A stretch of DNA of 64,000 nt from Vicugna vicugna (lineage: Eukaryota). Positions 39,125-51,439 of this stretch are shown here, piece after piece. The position numbers were made by a program, and so were the translations under genes. Each line of letters opens with the position of its first letter. Positions within the stretch are counted from its first letter, which is position 1. The DNA lies in assembly GCA_013265495.1 (NCBI GenBank), contig MU058037.1:1737498-1801497 (forward strand). Reading direction: 5' to 3'. The notes beneath the pieces are model-generated. The model had not been told where the DNA came from. It worked only from the letters and a program-made list of their open reading frames with translations, and ran no database searches.

Positions 39125-41269
39125 TACTTACTTTGTTTATTGGATAATCAGGATTGGTTGAGGTAGAGAAAGGAATTAAAAAGAAAGTTAGGAAACTGCA
39201 GAAGTAGATTTATTCTAGTTGAAAAATTTACATGATAAAAAGAGAAACTTCTAGGTTGGGGTCTCCTTTTTTTCAGACTGTAGATTGTACAAGTGTTGAT
39301 ATGTACAAAGCTGTGAAGTGAGTTGCTAAAAGCCTAAATGCTTGTGTTTTCCCAGTGGTTTAGAGACTAAGAGGTTTCTAACACAGCTGTTTTCTTTTCA
39401 TGACTTCTCCTAACCCTCACATATAAATGTTTGTATGCCAAATATTTGTCACAGACAATTCATATAAATCCCAAATTTTTGATGAAATGCAAACTCGTTT
39501 CATACTTGTGCCATTTTTCAAAATTCCCTAGGTGACACTTCTCTAAAACATAGATCTACAGAAAAATGAAAGTAATTCTGGCAGAATTATGAGTTCTCTT
39601 ATGAGTTCAGTTATGAGGACCTTTTACCAGTACACCAAAACACAGACTACTTTGTGTTACCTACTGGATTTCAAAGGGATGAACACTGGGAAAGGATTTT
39701 AATAGGGGCAAAATCTTGTGAGGCACACCACAGTGAATAGATAAGTCTTTTGTTCATTCCATTGCTTAAGAAAAGATTTATACCCACCTTCAAAACTGAA
39801 GTATCTATGCAATATACATTCTCTGTTCTTATTAGAGAATTTTATGTGATATTAACAAACCATGAACACTACAAAGACTGTTGGCATTAGAATAAAATAC
39901 TTTTTAGGACATGCAACTCAAGCCTTACATATAATATGCAAAATGTCCACTAACATTCAAAGGTGATTTGGAAAAGAGTTGATTATGATCAGTGATAAGT
40001 TGAGTAGTTATACTCTAAGTATATAGAGAGTACATAAAAGCTGCTTGGCTAGTTTTACAGATATTATTTTACAGATTTTCATTCAATATTTAAAATATAG
40101 GAACAGCTAACATCTTTAGAGAAAATAAAAATCTACCCAGAAAAAGATTTTTTTATATTTTAGCAGATATACAAACACAAACTCAAAACCATCAGATAAT
40201 ATGATAAATTCTGACCATATGAATGATATCATGCATTGTGAAATTTATTTCATTATTCAAATATGAATATAAAATTAAAATTCTTCAAATTTTCTCTTCT
40301 AGTCATTAGTTACAAATATAAAGTTATTGCCAAAAATGTAGGGAAAATATATCAACTGTTTTATATTTCTTAAGGAAGAGGAAATTTCATAAGCATATTA
40401 ATAAAAAACTTTACCATTTTTAGATATAGAGTTGAATTAATAAACTAGAAGGTATTATACTATTATTCTAATCTATAAAATTATAAGTGCCCATTTAATA
40501 TGGTAAATACTAAAGTAAGTTAAGATGAACATGTAACATTGGGTTGAAATAATTAAATAATGATGTGACATATAATAAATATGTAAGAAAGCAGTTGTAA
40601 ACAACTGGAATAAACAATTGCAAATACTTTAATGTCAATTGTAATAGAGCTTCTTTCAAATTATTCTACTCTTTTGATTCACTCTAGAAAACTCTTGTTT
40701 TGGATATAGCAGTTTCTATTTCCTCTCTTTTCTTTTGATTCCACATAGTTATTATGACTGAATCAATTTATAGCTAAAATATATTGAAATAGTTATTGGC
40801 AGAATGAAAGTATCCCAAACTCTCAACTGAAGGATCAGCTATTCTCAGCTATAACTGTAGTCATTTGGGCTTATTTCCCAGTACTGTCTGAGCATAGTAG
40901 ATTTTTTATAATAAAATAGGGAAAAAAAACCCTGATAAGTTGAAGTTTTTTTCCCTATTGCATTTCCCATTGTGCATTATTATATGCAACACTATTCTAG
41001 GAGTTTGGATATATTTCAAAATACATGAATAAAATTACTCATGCTTACAGTATGAATTTTGTTGTACTGTTTTTGGTCAATCAAAGAAGCATTTGTGTTT
41101 ATACATAAATACAAATTTTAGAGCTGTATCTGATTTTAGAATTCATGAAAAGAACAAATTCTTATATTGCAGTTGAAGAAAGTGAAGCCTTAAGAAGGTC
41201 TTGGGGATGCAAATCTGAGGTACTTTCTACATGTTTACTGGTAGGGATACCAGTGGATTTGAGCATCAA

Positions 41270-41416
41270 TTACTCACAGCACTACCTTGCTCTATAAGGC
41301 ACTCTTTGGCTTTTCTTCCATCTATATTACAGCTTTTCCATATCCCCCCAAAAAATCACCTGCATGTAAGCCCTTGTGTCAGACTCTACTTCTCTGGGCA
41401 ACCCAAGCTAGCACAT
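41270..41416 (+). mobile_element. ERVL LTR (LTR16-like) 3' fragment; duplicated at +5102
   Basis: aaatcacctgcatgtaagcccttgtgtcagactctacttctctgggcaacccaagctagcaca. Confidence 0.5.
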
Positions 41417-41984
41417 ACAGGTTTCTGAATATCACTAATATTAATAAAGTTTGGTGTATGGTATTGAGCAAAATTAATTTTAAAAGAAAGACACCTAAAA
41501 TTTTATCTCTTTCACCAAATAATACAGGAATTTTTATTTGTATTTTAGAAATAATAACTTCATGTTTTAAAATTTATATTTGTAGTATCAGTTATGTTAC
41601 CCGATGTCTGAATCTAAGAGATTTGTCTTAATTCAATCTTATTCCCATGAGAAGTAACAAGGAAGAATGCAAGTAAAATTCATTCTCCATTCTGTCCCTT
41701 GGAGTTCCTTTCTCTGGAAAGCTTCTGAGGCTGCGTATGTAACACCAAAATATCCCATCAATTTATTTTAAATCATCTTGTCACTGGTTTGCAGTTGAAC
41801 TGTTAACCCAACTGTGATCGTTAGGAATTACCTGGCTAAGTAGCAGAGGACCCAACTAAAATGGACTTAAACAATAAGGATGTTTATTATCCCACATAAC
41901 CAGAATTCTGAAAGTGAGATTTTTTCCCCCAGACTTTAGTGGCTCAGTAATATATTTTGTTTCTAACTTGTTGTGTGTGTACAT

Positions 41985-42505
41985 GTTGTTTGTGTTCTGA
42001 CTACTCCACTGACCAGCTATTCCCCCATCTCTCTACCACTCCTAAGGCCTCTCTATTCCCTGAGACACAAAAATATTAAAGTTAGGCCAACTAATAATCC
42101 TACAATAGCCTCTAAATGTTTAAGTAAAAGAAAGATCTGCACACCTCTCACTTTAAATCAAAAGCTAGAAATGGTTTAGTGAGGAAGGCATGTTGAAAGC
42201 TGAGATAAGCCAAAAGCTAGTCCTTTTGAGCCAGTGAGCCAAGTTGTGAATGCAAAGGAAAAGTTCTTGAAGGAAATTAAAAGTGCTACTCCAGTGAATA
42301 CATGAATGATTGGAAAGCAAAATGGCCTTATTGCTGATATGGAAAAAGTTTGAGTGGTCTGTACAGAAGATCAAACCAGCCATAACATTGCCATTAACCA
42401 ATGCCTAATCCAGAGCAAGGCCCTAACTCTCTTCAATTCTAAGAAGGCTGAGAGAAGTGAAGATAATGTAGAAGAAAAGTTTGAAGCTAGCAGATATTGG
42501 TTCAT
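41985..42505 (+). mobile_element. Tigger1 fragment (transposase N-terminus, pseudogenised), copy 1
   Basis: Translates ASKCLSKRKICTPLTLNQKLEM...NAKEKFLKEIKSATPVNT...IADMEK...EDQTSHNI...LIQSKALTLFNS...EEKFEAS. Confidence 0.9.
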
Positions 42506-44111
42506 CTCTTCAAGACCCTGATTTCAATTCCTTCGGGTGAATACCTAGAAATTGGATTGCTAGATCATATGGTAGTTTTATTTTTAATATTTTAAGGAAC
42601 CTCCATACTGTTTTCCATTATGGCTGTACTAATTTACATTTCCCACCAACAGAGAACCAGGGTCCTCTTTTCTCCACATCCTTGCCAACACTTGTTTGTC
42701 TGCTTGCTTTTTTAATAAGCCATCCTAACAGGTGTGAGGTAATATCTCATTGTGGTTTTGAATTGCATCATTTTCCTGATGATTAGTGGTGTTGAACACA
42801 TTTTCATATACCTGTTTGCCATTTGTATTTCTTCTTAGGAGAAATGTCTATTCAGATTCTTTGCTTATTTTAAATCAGGTTATTTGTTATTTTATTGAGT
42901 TGTATGAGTTCCTTATATGTTTTGAATATTAATCCCTTATAAGATAGTTTGAAAATTTTTTCTCCCATTATGTGAGTTGCCTTTTTATTAGTGAATTGTT
43001 TCCTTTCTTGTGCAAAAGATTTTTAGTTGGATATAATCTCACTTTTTTATTTTTACTTTTGTTGCCTCTGCTTTTGTGTCATACTGAAAAAGTCATTGCC
43101 AAAATCAAGGTCAAGGAGCTTTTTACCTTATGTTTTTTTAAAAAATATACTTTTGCTGAAGTATAGTCAGTTTATAATGTGTCAATTTCTGGTGTACAGC
43201 ATAATGCTTCAGTCATACATGAACATACATGTATTCATTTTATTCATTTTCATATTCTTTTTCACCATAAGTTACTATAAGATATTGAATATAGTTCCCT
43301 GTGCTATACAGTATAAACTTATTGTTTATCTATTTTATATATATCAGGTAGTATATGCAAATCTCAAACTCCCAATTTATTCCTTCCCATCCCCTTCCTG
43401 CCTTGTAACCGTAAGTTTGTTTTCTATGTCTGTGAGTCTGTTTCTATTCTGTAAATAAGTCCATTTGTCTTTTTTTTTTTTAGATTCCACATATAAGTGA
43501 TATCATATGATATTTTTCTGGTTTGATAATTTTCTTTTGTATTAGCTTAGTTTCTTTTTTGTTTTTGTGACTCTATTGTATGCTTTGATTTTTAGTTACC
43601 CTGTTTTTCAAGTATATTAACCCCTTACTATATCTATTTGCTTTAGACTGATAGTCATGTAGGCTCAAACACATCCTAAAAAGAATGAAGAAAAAAAGAA
43701 AAAAAGAAGAGTAAGAAAAAAGTCTTTATTTTCTTCCTCCCCTCTCCTACCTTTTATGATTTTGATGTCCTTTTTATTTTCATCTTCACGTATATTCTTT
43801 TGCAACTCATTGTAATTTTCCAATTATGGTTTTCTCATTTCTATAGCTTCCTGCTTCTTTTCTATTTAGAATAGACCTTTCAATATTTCTTTTAAGATAG
43901 GTTTAATATTGCTGAATTCTTTCAGTTTTTGCTTGTCTGTGAAATTCTTTATCTCCCCTTCTACTCTAAAGGATAGTCATGCAGGCCAGCAGTGGTAGAG
44001 AAATCAGCTAAAAGCCTTATGGGGGTTCCCTTGTAACTAACTCTTTTGGGTTTTTTTTTGCTGCCTTTAGAATCATTTCTTTGATTTTAACTTTGGCCAT
44101 CTTATCTTAAT
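42506..44111 (-). mobile_element. L1 fragments (duplicate of 47608-49280)
   Basis: Same sequence as copy 2; truncated by the gap. Confidence 0.85.
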
Positions 44112-44835
44112 NNNNNNNNNNNNNNNNNNNNNNNNNNNNNNNNNNNNNNNNNNNNNNNNNNNNNNNNNNNNNNNNNNNNNNNNNNNNNNNNNNNNNNNNN
44201 NNNNNNNNNNNNNNNNNNNNNNNNNNNNNNNNNNNNNNNNNNNNNNNNNNNNNNNNNNNNNNNNNNNNNNNNNNNNNNNNNNNNNNNNNNNNNNNNNNNN
44301 NNNNNNNNNNNNNNNNNNNNNNNNNNNNNNNNNNNNNNNNNNNNNNNNNNNNNNNNNNNNNNNNNNNNNNNNNNNNNNNNNNNNNNNNNNNNNNNNNNNN
44401 NNNNNNNNNNNNNNNNNNNNNNNNNNNNNNNNNNNNNNNNNNNNNNNNNNNNNNNNNNNNNNNNNNNNNNNNNNNNNNNNNNNNNNNNNNNNNNNNNNNN
44501 NNNNNNNNNNNNNNNNNNNNNNNNNNNNNNNNNNNNNNNNNNNNNNNNNNNNNNNNNNNNNNNNNNNNNNNNNNNNNNNNNNNNNNNNNNNNNNNNNNNN
44601 NNNNNNNNNNNNNNNNNNNNNNNNNNNNNNNNNNNNNNNNNNNNNNNNNNNNNNNNNNNNNNNNNNNNNNNNNNNNNNNNNNNNNNNNNNNNNNNNNNNN
44701 NNNNNNNNNNNNNNNNNNNNNNNNNNNNNNNNNNNNNNNNNNNNNNNNNNNNNNNNNNNNNNNNNNNNNNNNNNNNNNNNNNNNNNNNNNNNNNNNNNNN
44801 NNNNNNNNNNNNNNNNNNNNNNNNNNNNNNNNNNN
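44112..44835. other. Assembly gap (724 N)
   Basis: Directly visible. Confidence 1.
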
Positions 44836-47086
44836 TGAATAGATAAGTCTTTTGTTCATTCCATTGCTTAAGAAAAGATTTATACCCACCTTCAAAACTG
44901 AAGTATCTATGCAATATACATTCTCTGTTCTTATTAGAGAATTTTATGTGATATTAACAAACCATGAACACTACAAAGACTGTTGGCATTAGAATAAAAT
45001 ACTTTTTAGGACATGCAACTCAAGCCTTACATATAATATGCAAAATGTCCACTAACATTCAAAGGTGATTTGGAAAAGAGTTGATTATGATCAGTGATAA
45101 GTTGAGTAGTTATACTCTAAGTATATAGAGAGTACATAAAAGCTGCTTGGCTAGTTTTACAGATATTATTTTACAGATTTTCATTCAATATTTAAAATAT
45201 AGGAACAGCTAACATCTTTAGAGAAAATAAAAATCTACCCAGAAAAAGATTTTTTTATATTTTAGCAGATATACAAACACAAACTCAAAACCATCAGATA
45301 ATATGATAAATTCTGACCATATGAATGATATCATGCATTGTGAAATTTATTTCATTATTCAAATATGAATATAAAATTAAAATTCTTCAAATTTTCTCTT
45401 CTAGTCATTAGTTACAAATATAAAGTTATTGCCAAAAATGTAGGGAAAATATATCAACTGTTTTATATTTCTTAAGGAAGAGGAAATTTCATAAGCATAT
45501 TAATAAAAAACTTTACCATTTTTAGATATAGAGTTGAATTAATAAACTAGAAGGTATTATACTATTATTCTAATCTATAAAATTATAAGTGCCCATTTAA
45601 TATGGTAAATACTAAAGTAAGTTAAGATGAACATGTAACATTGGGTTGAAATAATTAAATAATGATGTGACATATAATAAATATGTAAGAAAGCAGTTGT
45701 AAACAACTGGAATAAACAATTGCAAATACTTTAATGTCAATTGTAATAGAGCTTCTTTCAAATTATTCTACTCTTTTGATTCACTCTAGAAAACTCTTGT
45801 TTTGGATATAGCAGTTTCTATTTCCTCTCTTTTCTTTTGATTCCACATAGTTATTATGACTGAATCAATTTATAGCTAAAATATATTGAAATAGTTATTG
45901 GCAGAATGAAAGTATCCCAAACTCTCAACTGAAGGATCAGCTATTCTCAGCTATAACTGTAGTCATTTGGGCTTATTTCCCAGTACTGTCTGAGCATAGT
46001 AGATTTTTTATAATAAAATAGGGAAAAAAAACCCTGATAAGTTGAAGTTTTTTTCCCTATTGCATTTCCCATTGTGCATTATTATATGCAACACTATTCT
46101 AGGAGTTTGGATATATTTCAAAATACATGAATAAAATTACTCATGCTTACAGTATGAATTTTGTTGTACTGTTTTTGGTCAATCAAAGAAGCATTTGTGT
46201 TTATACATAAATACAAATTTTAGAGCTGTATCTGATTTTAGAATTCATGAAAAGAACAAATTCTTATATTGCAGTTGAAGAAAGTGAAGCCTTAAGAAGG
46301 TCTTGGGGATGCAAATCTGAGGTACTTTCTACATGTTTACTGGTAGGGATACCAGTGGATTTGAGCATCAATTACTCACAGCACTACCTTGCTCTATAAG
46401 GCACTCTTTGGCTTTTCTTCCATCTATATTACAGCTTTTCCATATCCCCCCAAAAAATCACCTGCATGTAAGCCCTTGTGTCAGACTCTACTTCTCTGGG
46501 CAACCCAAGCTAGCACATACAGGTTTCTGAATATCACTAATATTAATAAAGTTTGGTGTATGGTATTGAGCAAAATTAATTTTAAAAGAAAGACACCTAA
46601 AATTTTATCTCTTTCACCAAATAATACAGGAATTTTTATTTGTATTTTAGAAATAATAACTTCATGTTTTAAAATTTATATTTGTAGTATCAGTTATGTT
46701 ACCCGATGTCTGAATCTAAGAGATTTGTCTTAATTCAATCTTATTCCCATGAGAAGTAACAAGGAAGAATGCAAGTAAAATTCATTCTCCATTCTGTCCC
46801 TTGGAGTTCCTTTCTCTGGAAAGCTTCTGAGGCTGCGTATGTAACACCAAAATATCCCATCAATTTATTTTAAATCATCTTGTCACTGGTTTGCAGTTGA
46901 ACTGTTAACCCAACTGTGATCGTTAGGAATTACCTGGCTAAGTAGCAGAGGACCCAACTAAAATGGACTTAAACAATAAGGATGTTTATTATCCCACATA
47001 ACCAGAATTCTGAAAGTGAGATTTTTTCCCCCAGACTTTAGTGGCTCAGTAATATATTTTGTTTCTAACTTGTTGTGTGTGTACAT

Positions 47087-47607
47087 GTTGTTTGTGTTCT
47101 GACTACTCCACTGACCAGCTATTCCCCCATCTCTCTACCACTCCTAAGGCCTCTCTATTCCCTGAGACACAAAAATATTAAAGTTAGGCCAACTAATAAT
47201 CCTACAATAGCCTCTAAATGTTTAAGTAAAAGAAAGATCTGCACACCTCTCACTTTAAATCAAAAGCTAGAAATGGTTTAGTGAGGAAGGCATGTTGAAA
47301 GCTGAGATAAGCCAAAAGCTAGTCCTTTTGAGCCAGTGAGCCAAGTTGTGAATGCAAAGGAAAAGTTCTTGAAGGAAATTAAAAGTGCTACTCCAGTGAA
47401 TACATGAATGATTGGAAAGCAAAATGGCCTTATTGCTGATATGGAAAAAGTTTGAGTGGTCTGTACAGAAGATCAAACCAGCCATAACATTGCCATTAAC
47501 CAATGCCTAATCCAGAGCAAGGCCCTAACTCTCTTCAATTCTAAGAAGGCTGAGAGAAGTGAAGATAATGTAGAAGAAAAGTTTGAAGCTAGCAGATATT
47601 GGTTCAT
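47087..47607 (+). mobile_element. Tigger1 fragment, copy 2
   Basis: Matches 41985-42505. Confidence 0.9.
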
Positions 47608-48238
47608 CTCTTCAAGACCCTGATTTCAATTCCTTCGGGTGAATACCTAGAAATTGGATTGCTAGATCATATGGTAGTTTTATTTTTAATATTTTAAGGA
47701 ACCTCCATACTGTTTTCCATTATGGCTGTACTAATTTACATTTCCCACCAACAGAGAACCAGGGTCCTCTTTTCTCCACATCCTTGCCAACACTTGTTTG
47801 TCTGCTTGCTTTTTTAATAAGCCATCCTAACAGGTGTGAGGTAATATCTCATTGTGGTTTTGAATTGCATCATTTTCCTGATGATTAGTGGTGTTGAACA
47901 CATTTTCATATACCTGTTTGCCATTTGTATTTCTTCTTAGGAGAAATGTCTATTCAGATTCTTTGCTTATTTTAAATCAGGTTATTTGTTATTTTATTGA
48001 GTTGTATGAGTTCCTTATATGTTTTGAATATTAATCCCTTATAAGATAGTTTGAAAATTTTTTCTCCCATTATGTGAGTTGCCTTTTTATTAGTGAATTG
48101 TTTCCTTTCTTGTGCAAAAGATTTTTAGTTGGATATAATCTCACTTTTTTATTTTTACTTTTGTTGCCTCTGCTTTTGTGTCATACTGAAAAAGTCATTG
48201 CCAAAATCAAGGTCAAGGAGCTTTTTACCTTATGTTTT
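47608..48238 (-). mobile_element. Older L1 (L1MA-like) ORF2 3' part, host element
   Basis: aggaacctccatactgttttcca...gccatcctaacaggtgtgaggtaatatctcattgtggtttt; continues at 51440. Confidence 0.85.
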
Positions 48239-48968
48239 TTTAAAAAATATACTTTTGCTGAAGTATAGTCAGTTTATAATGTGTCAATTTCTGGTGTACA
48301 GCATAATGCTTCAGTCATACATGAACATACATGTATTCATTTTATTCATTTTCATATTCTTTTTCACCATAAGTTACTATAAGATATTGAATATAGTTCC
48401 CTGTGCTATACAGTATAAACTTATTGTTTATCTATTTTATATATATCAGGTAGTATATGCAAATCTCAAACTCCCAATTTATTCCTTCCCATCCCCTTCC
48501 TGCCTTGTAACCGTAAGTTTGTTTTCTATGTCTGTGAGTCTGTTTCTATTCTGTAAATAAGTCCATTTGTCTTTTTTTTTTTTTAGATTCCACATATAAG
48601 TGATATCATATGATATTTTTCTGGTTTGATAATTTTCTTTTGTATTAGCTTAGTTTCTTTTTTGTTTTTGTGACTCTATTGTATGCTTTGATTTTTAGTT
48701 ACCCTGTTTTTCAAGTATATTAACCCCTTACTATATCTATTTGCTTTAGACTGATAGTCATGTAGGCTCAAACACATCCTAAAAAGAATGAAGAAAAAAA
48801 GAAAAAAAGAAGAGTAAGAAAAAAGTCTTTATTTTCTTCCTCCCCTCTCCTACCTTTTATGATTTTGATGTCCTTTTTATTTTCATCTTCACGTATATTC
48901 TTTTGCAACTCATTGTAATTTTCCAATTATGGTTTTCTCATTTCTATAGCTTCCTGCTTCTTTTCTAT

Positions 48969-49851
48969 TTAGAATAGACCTTTCAATATTTCTTTTAAGA
49001 TAGGTTTAATATTGCTGAATTCTTTCAGTTTTTGCTTGTCTGTGAAATTCTTTATCTCCCCTTCTACTCTAAAGGATAGTCATGCCAGATAGGTATCCTA
49101 GGTTACAGTTTTTTCTCATTCAGGACTTTGAATATATCTTGCCACTCCCTTCTGGCCAGCAGTGTTTGTGTAGAGAAATCAGCTAAAAGCCTTATGGGGG
49201 TTCCCTTGTAACTAACTCTTTTGGGTTTTTTTTTGCTGCCTTTAGAATCATTTCTTTGATTTTAACTTTGGCCATCTTAATTATAATGTTTTGGTGTAGG
49301 TCTATTTGGGTTCTTCTTGTTGGGGACCCTCTGTGCTTCCTGTACTTGGGTATCTGATTCCTTCTTTAGGTTTGGAAAGTTTTCATTCAGGATTTCTTCA
49401 AATACCTTTTCAATCTTCTTTGCTCTTTATCCTTCTGGGACCCCTGTTATGCATAGGTTGGCACACTTTTTATTATTCCACAGTTCCCTTATATTGTTTT
49501 CATTGTTTACTTGCTTTTCTGTTTGCTGTTCTGATTGGGTGATTTCTTTTATCCTGTCTTCTATGTCACTTATTCGTTCCCCTGCATTATCTGGCCTGCT
49601 TTTGACTGCCTTTAGCTCAGCTCTTATATCAGCCATTGAGTTTTCTGTTTTTAATTGACTCCTCTTTATAGTTTCTATTTCCTTTTTATAGTATTCTCTG
49701 TCTCTATTCATAGTCTCTCTTATTTCCTTCAGTGTTTTTATCACCCTCCTTTTGAAGTCATGATCTAGTAGACTGTCGAGGTCTATCTCATTGTTCTTTC
49801 AGGCGACTTCTCTTATTCTTTTAATTGGGAGTGGTTCCTCTGCTTCTTCAT
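48969..49851 (-). pseudogene. L1 ORF1p pseudogene (stops and frameshifts)
   Basis: Starts MKKQRNHSQLKE*; ORF 49427..49744 gives a coiled coil then ERISDIEDR...NENNIRELWNNKKCANLCITGVPEG; ends LKEILKGLF*. Confidence 0.85.
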
Positions 49852-51423
49852 TTTATTTATAGTTCTCTGGCTCTATGAATTTAGGAGTATCAGTTATCTA
49901 CTGTGATCTCCAAGGGCTGTTTTGTTTTTTTATTTGTTTGTTTTTATTTAAAATGGGAGCATTCCTGTATAGACTGTGTGCATCTAATAGTTTTGTTGCA
50001 AGGGCTGTTCTTAGTATGGATGGTTGCCACAACTTCCTTCCATGTGTTTTGGCTGTTTTCCCTCTGATTGGGGGTGTGGCTGGTGTTGAGCCTGCCCTGA
50101 TTGTTGTTTTTGAGTGGGGCCTCCTTTTTTGTTCTGTGGTTGTTACAGCCGTGACAGGGATCGGATCTGCTCCCCTGTTGCTGGAATAGAGGCTTCTAGA
50201 CTCATTTCTGAGCTGTGGTGTGTGGTAGGCAGGGTTGGAGTGCTTCAGCTGGGAAGAAGAGTCACTAAGTATACCTCTATAGGAGATGTCCATTGGGAAG
50301 TGCCCTCTGTGTTGTTGTCTGTCACTTGTTATGCAGGCTTACAAAGTACTCTTTGTTGACACTGCCTTTGTCCCCACCTTAGCTGCGGGAATGTCGGCCA
50401 CCTACTCTGGTGTCCCCCAGGTTCTGTGCCCCAGGAACTGCCAGCCCAGATCCACCAATGTCAGGCACTAGGACCCGCCGTTGCAAGCATGCAGCCACAC
50501 ACCTGAATCCATGGTGCGCCACAGGGTCAGCACAAACCCCAGCCCCACCTCTGTGTACCATAAGGCCTGTTGTAAATAACCGTACTGGCCCCCACCGTGT
50601 GCCAGAACTCCACTCACTGCCTGTTCATCCCAGAGGTGCAGGTCTACAAAGGGCCAAAGAGCAAATCCACCCTCTCTGCCTGGGACTGTAAACAAATCTC
50701 AGTCTCTCTTGTGAAGTTGCAGGGCATGGATTCAGCTTTCAGCCCCCCTTCCATGCAGCAGAGTTGGCTATGACCCATCCCTACCTCTCTTCTCACGAGA
50801 ACAAACCAACAATGGAGCCAACTGGAGACAGGGCTATGGCGCAGCCATGTTGTTCCCCCCTCCACCACGCACACCAGCAGTGGTGCTTTTTAATGGGGCC
50901 CCAGGCAGTTCTGTTCTGCACACATGCCTAGTCAGAGCTCACACTGCCATCCAGTCCCCTGAGGCTTCCTCTGGGCAGTGGGCCCCAGCCCTCTCCCCAG
51001 GCTGCTCATTAATCTCCAGCAGCCAGTCCCAGCTTGTCCCTGCCTGCTTGCATCTAGGGCTGGGGATCACAGGAACCCTCTGTGCAGTTCTGTCTGCCAA
51101 GCGGCTGCCACTTTCTCCTCCGAGCTTCCGAAGCTCTGCTTCTGTCCCTGCTGACCCCTTGGCTGGAGAGGGGATGTCCCAGCATATGGGTGCCTTTCTT
51201 CCTATGCCGCTCCTTCCCTGTAGGACTGGTCCCACATAGATTTTTTTCTTTCTTCTTTTTTTTTCTTTTTTTGTGTTACCAGATTTTGTGAGAATCCCCG
51301 TGTATTTTGAAGCAAGAGACACTCTACCAGAGTTCAGTACGTGTTCTGTGTGATTCAGTGGGTTTGTAGATGTAATTCTTGGTGTATATGTGGGAGAGGG
51401 CGAGCTGTGAGCCTCTCTACTCT

Positions 51424-51433
51424 GCCATCTTGG
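51424..51433 (-). promoter_or_regulatory. YY1-type motif (caagatggc) at the L1 5' end
   Basis: gccatcttgg on the plus strand, within 20 bp of the element start, as expected for an L1 internal promoter. Confidence 0.6.
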
Positions 51434-51439
51434 CACCTC

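Larger units (their letters stand above)
39734..44111 (+). repeat. Copy 1 of a near-identical 4.4 kb direct duplication (copy 2 at 44836-49280)
   Basis: Offset 5102 bp; identical ORFs at 41231/46333, 41973/47075 and 43027/48129. Confidence 0.97.
44836..49280 (+). repeat. Copy 2 of the 4.4 kb direct duplication
   Basis: The first base after the gap matches 39734 (tgaatagataagtcttttg). Confidence 0.97.
48239..51439 (-). mobile_element. ORF1-only L1 derivative (5' UTR, ORF1, spacer, 3' UTR), 3.2 kb, half-L1-like
   Basis: 14-bp TSD ttaccttatgtttt at 48225-48238 and 51440-51453; 5' end gaggtgccaagatggc; spacer fused to the L1 3' terminal region at about 48622. Confidence 0.85.

Noticed and set aside
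44102..44914. The two longest ORFs (270 and 262 aa)
   Set aside because: They are artefacts of reading through the N gap
49875..51436. Dense overlapping ORFs on both strands, including a 165-aa ORF from the L1 5' end
   Set aside because: Expected in a GC-rich L1 5' UTR with few stop codons; no recognisable protein and no basis to call an ORF0-like product
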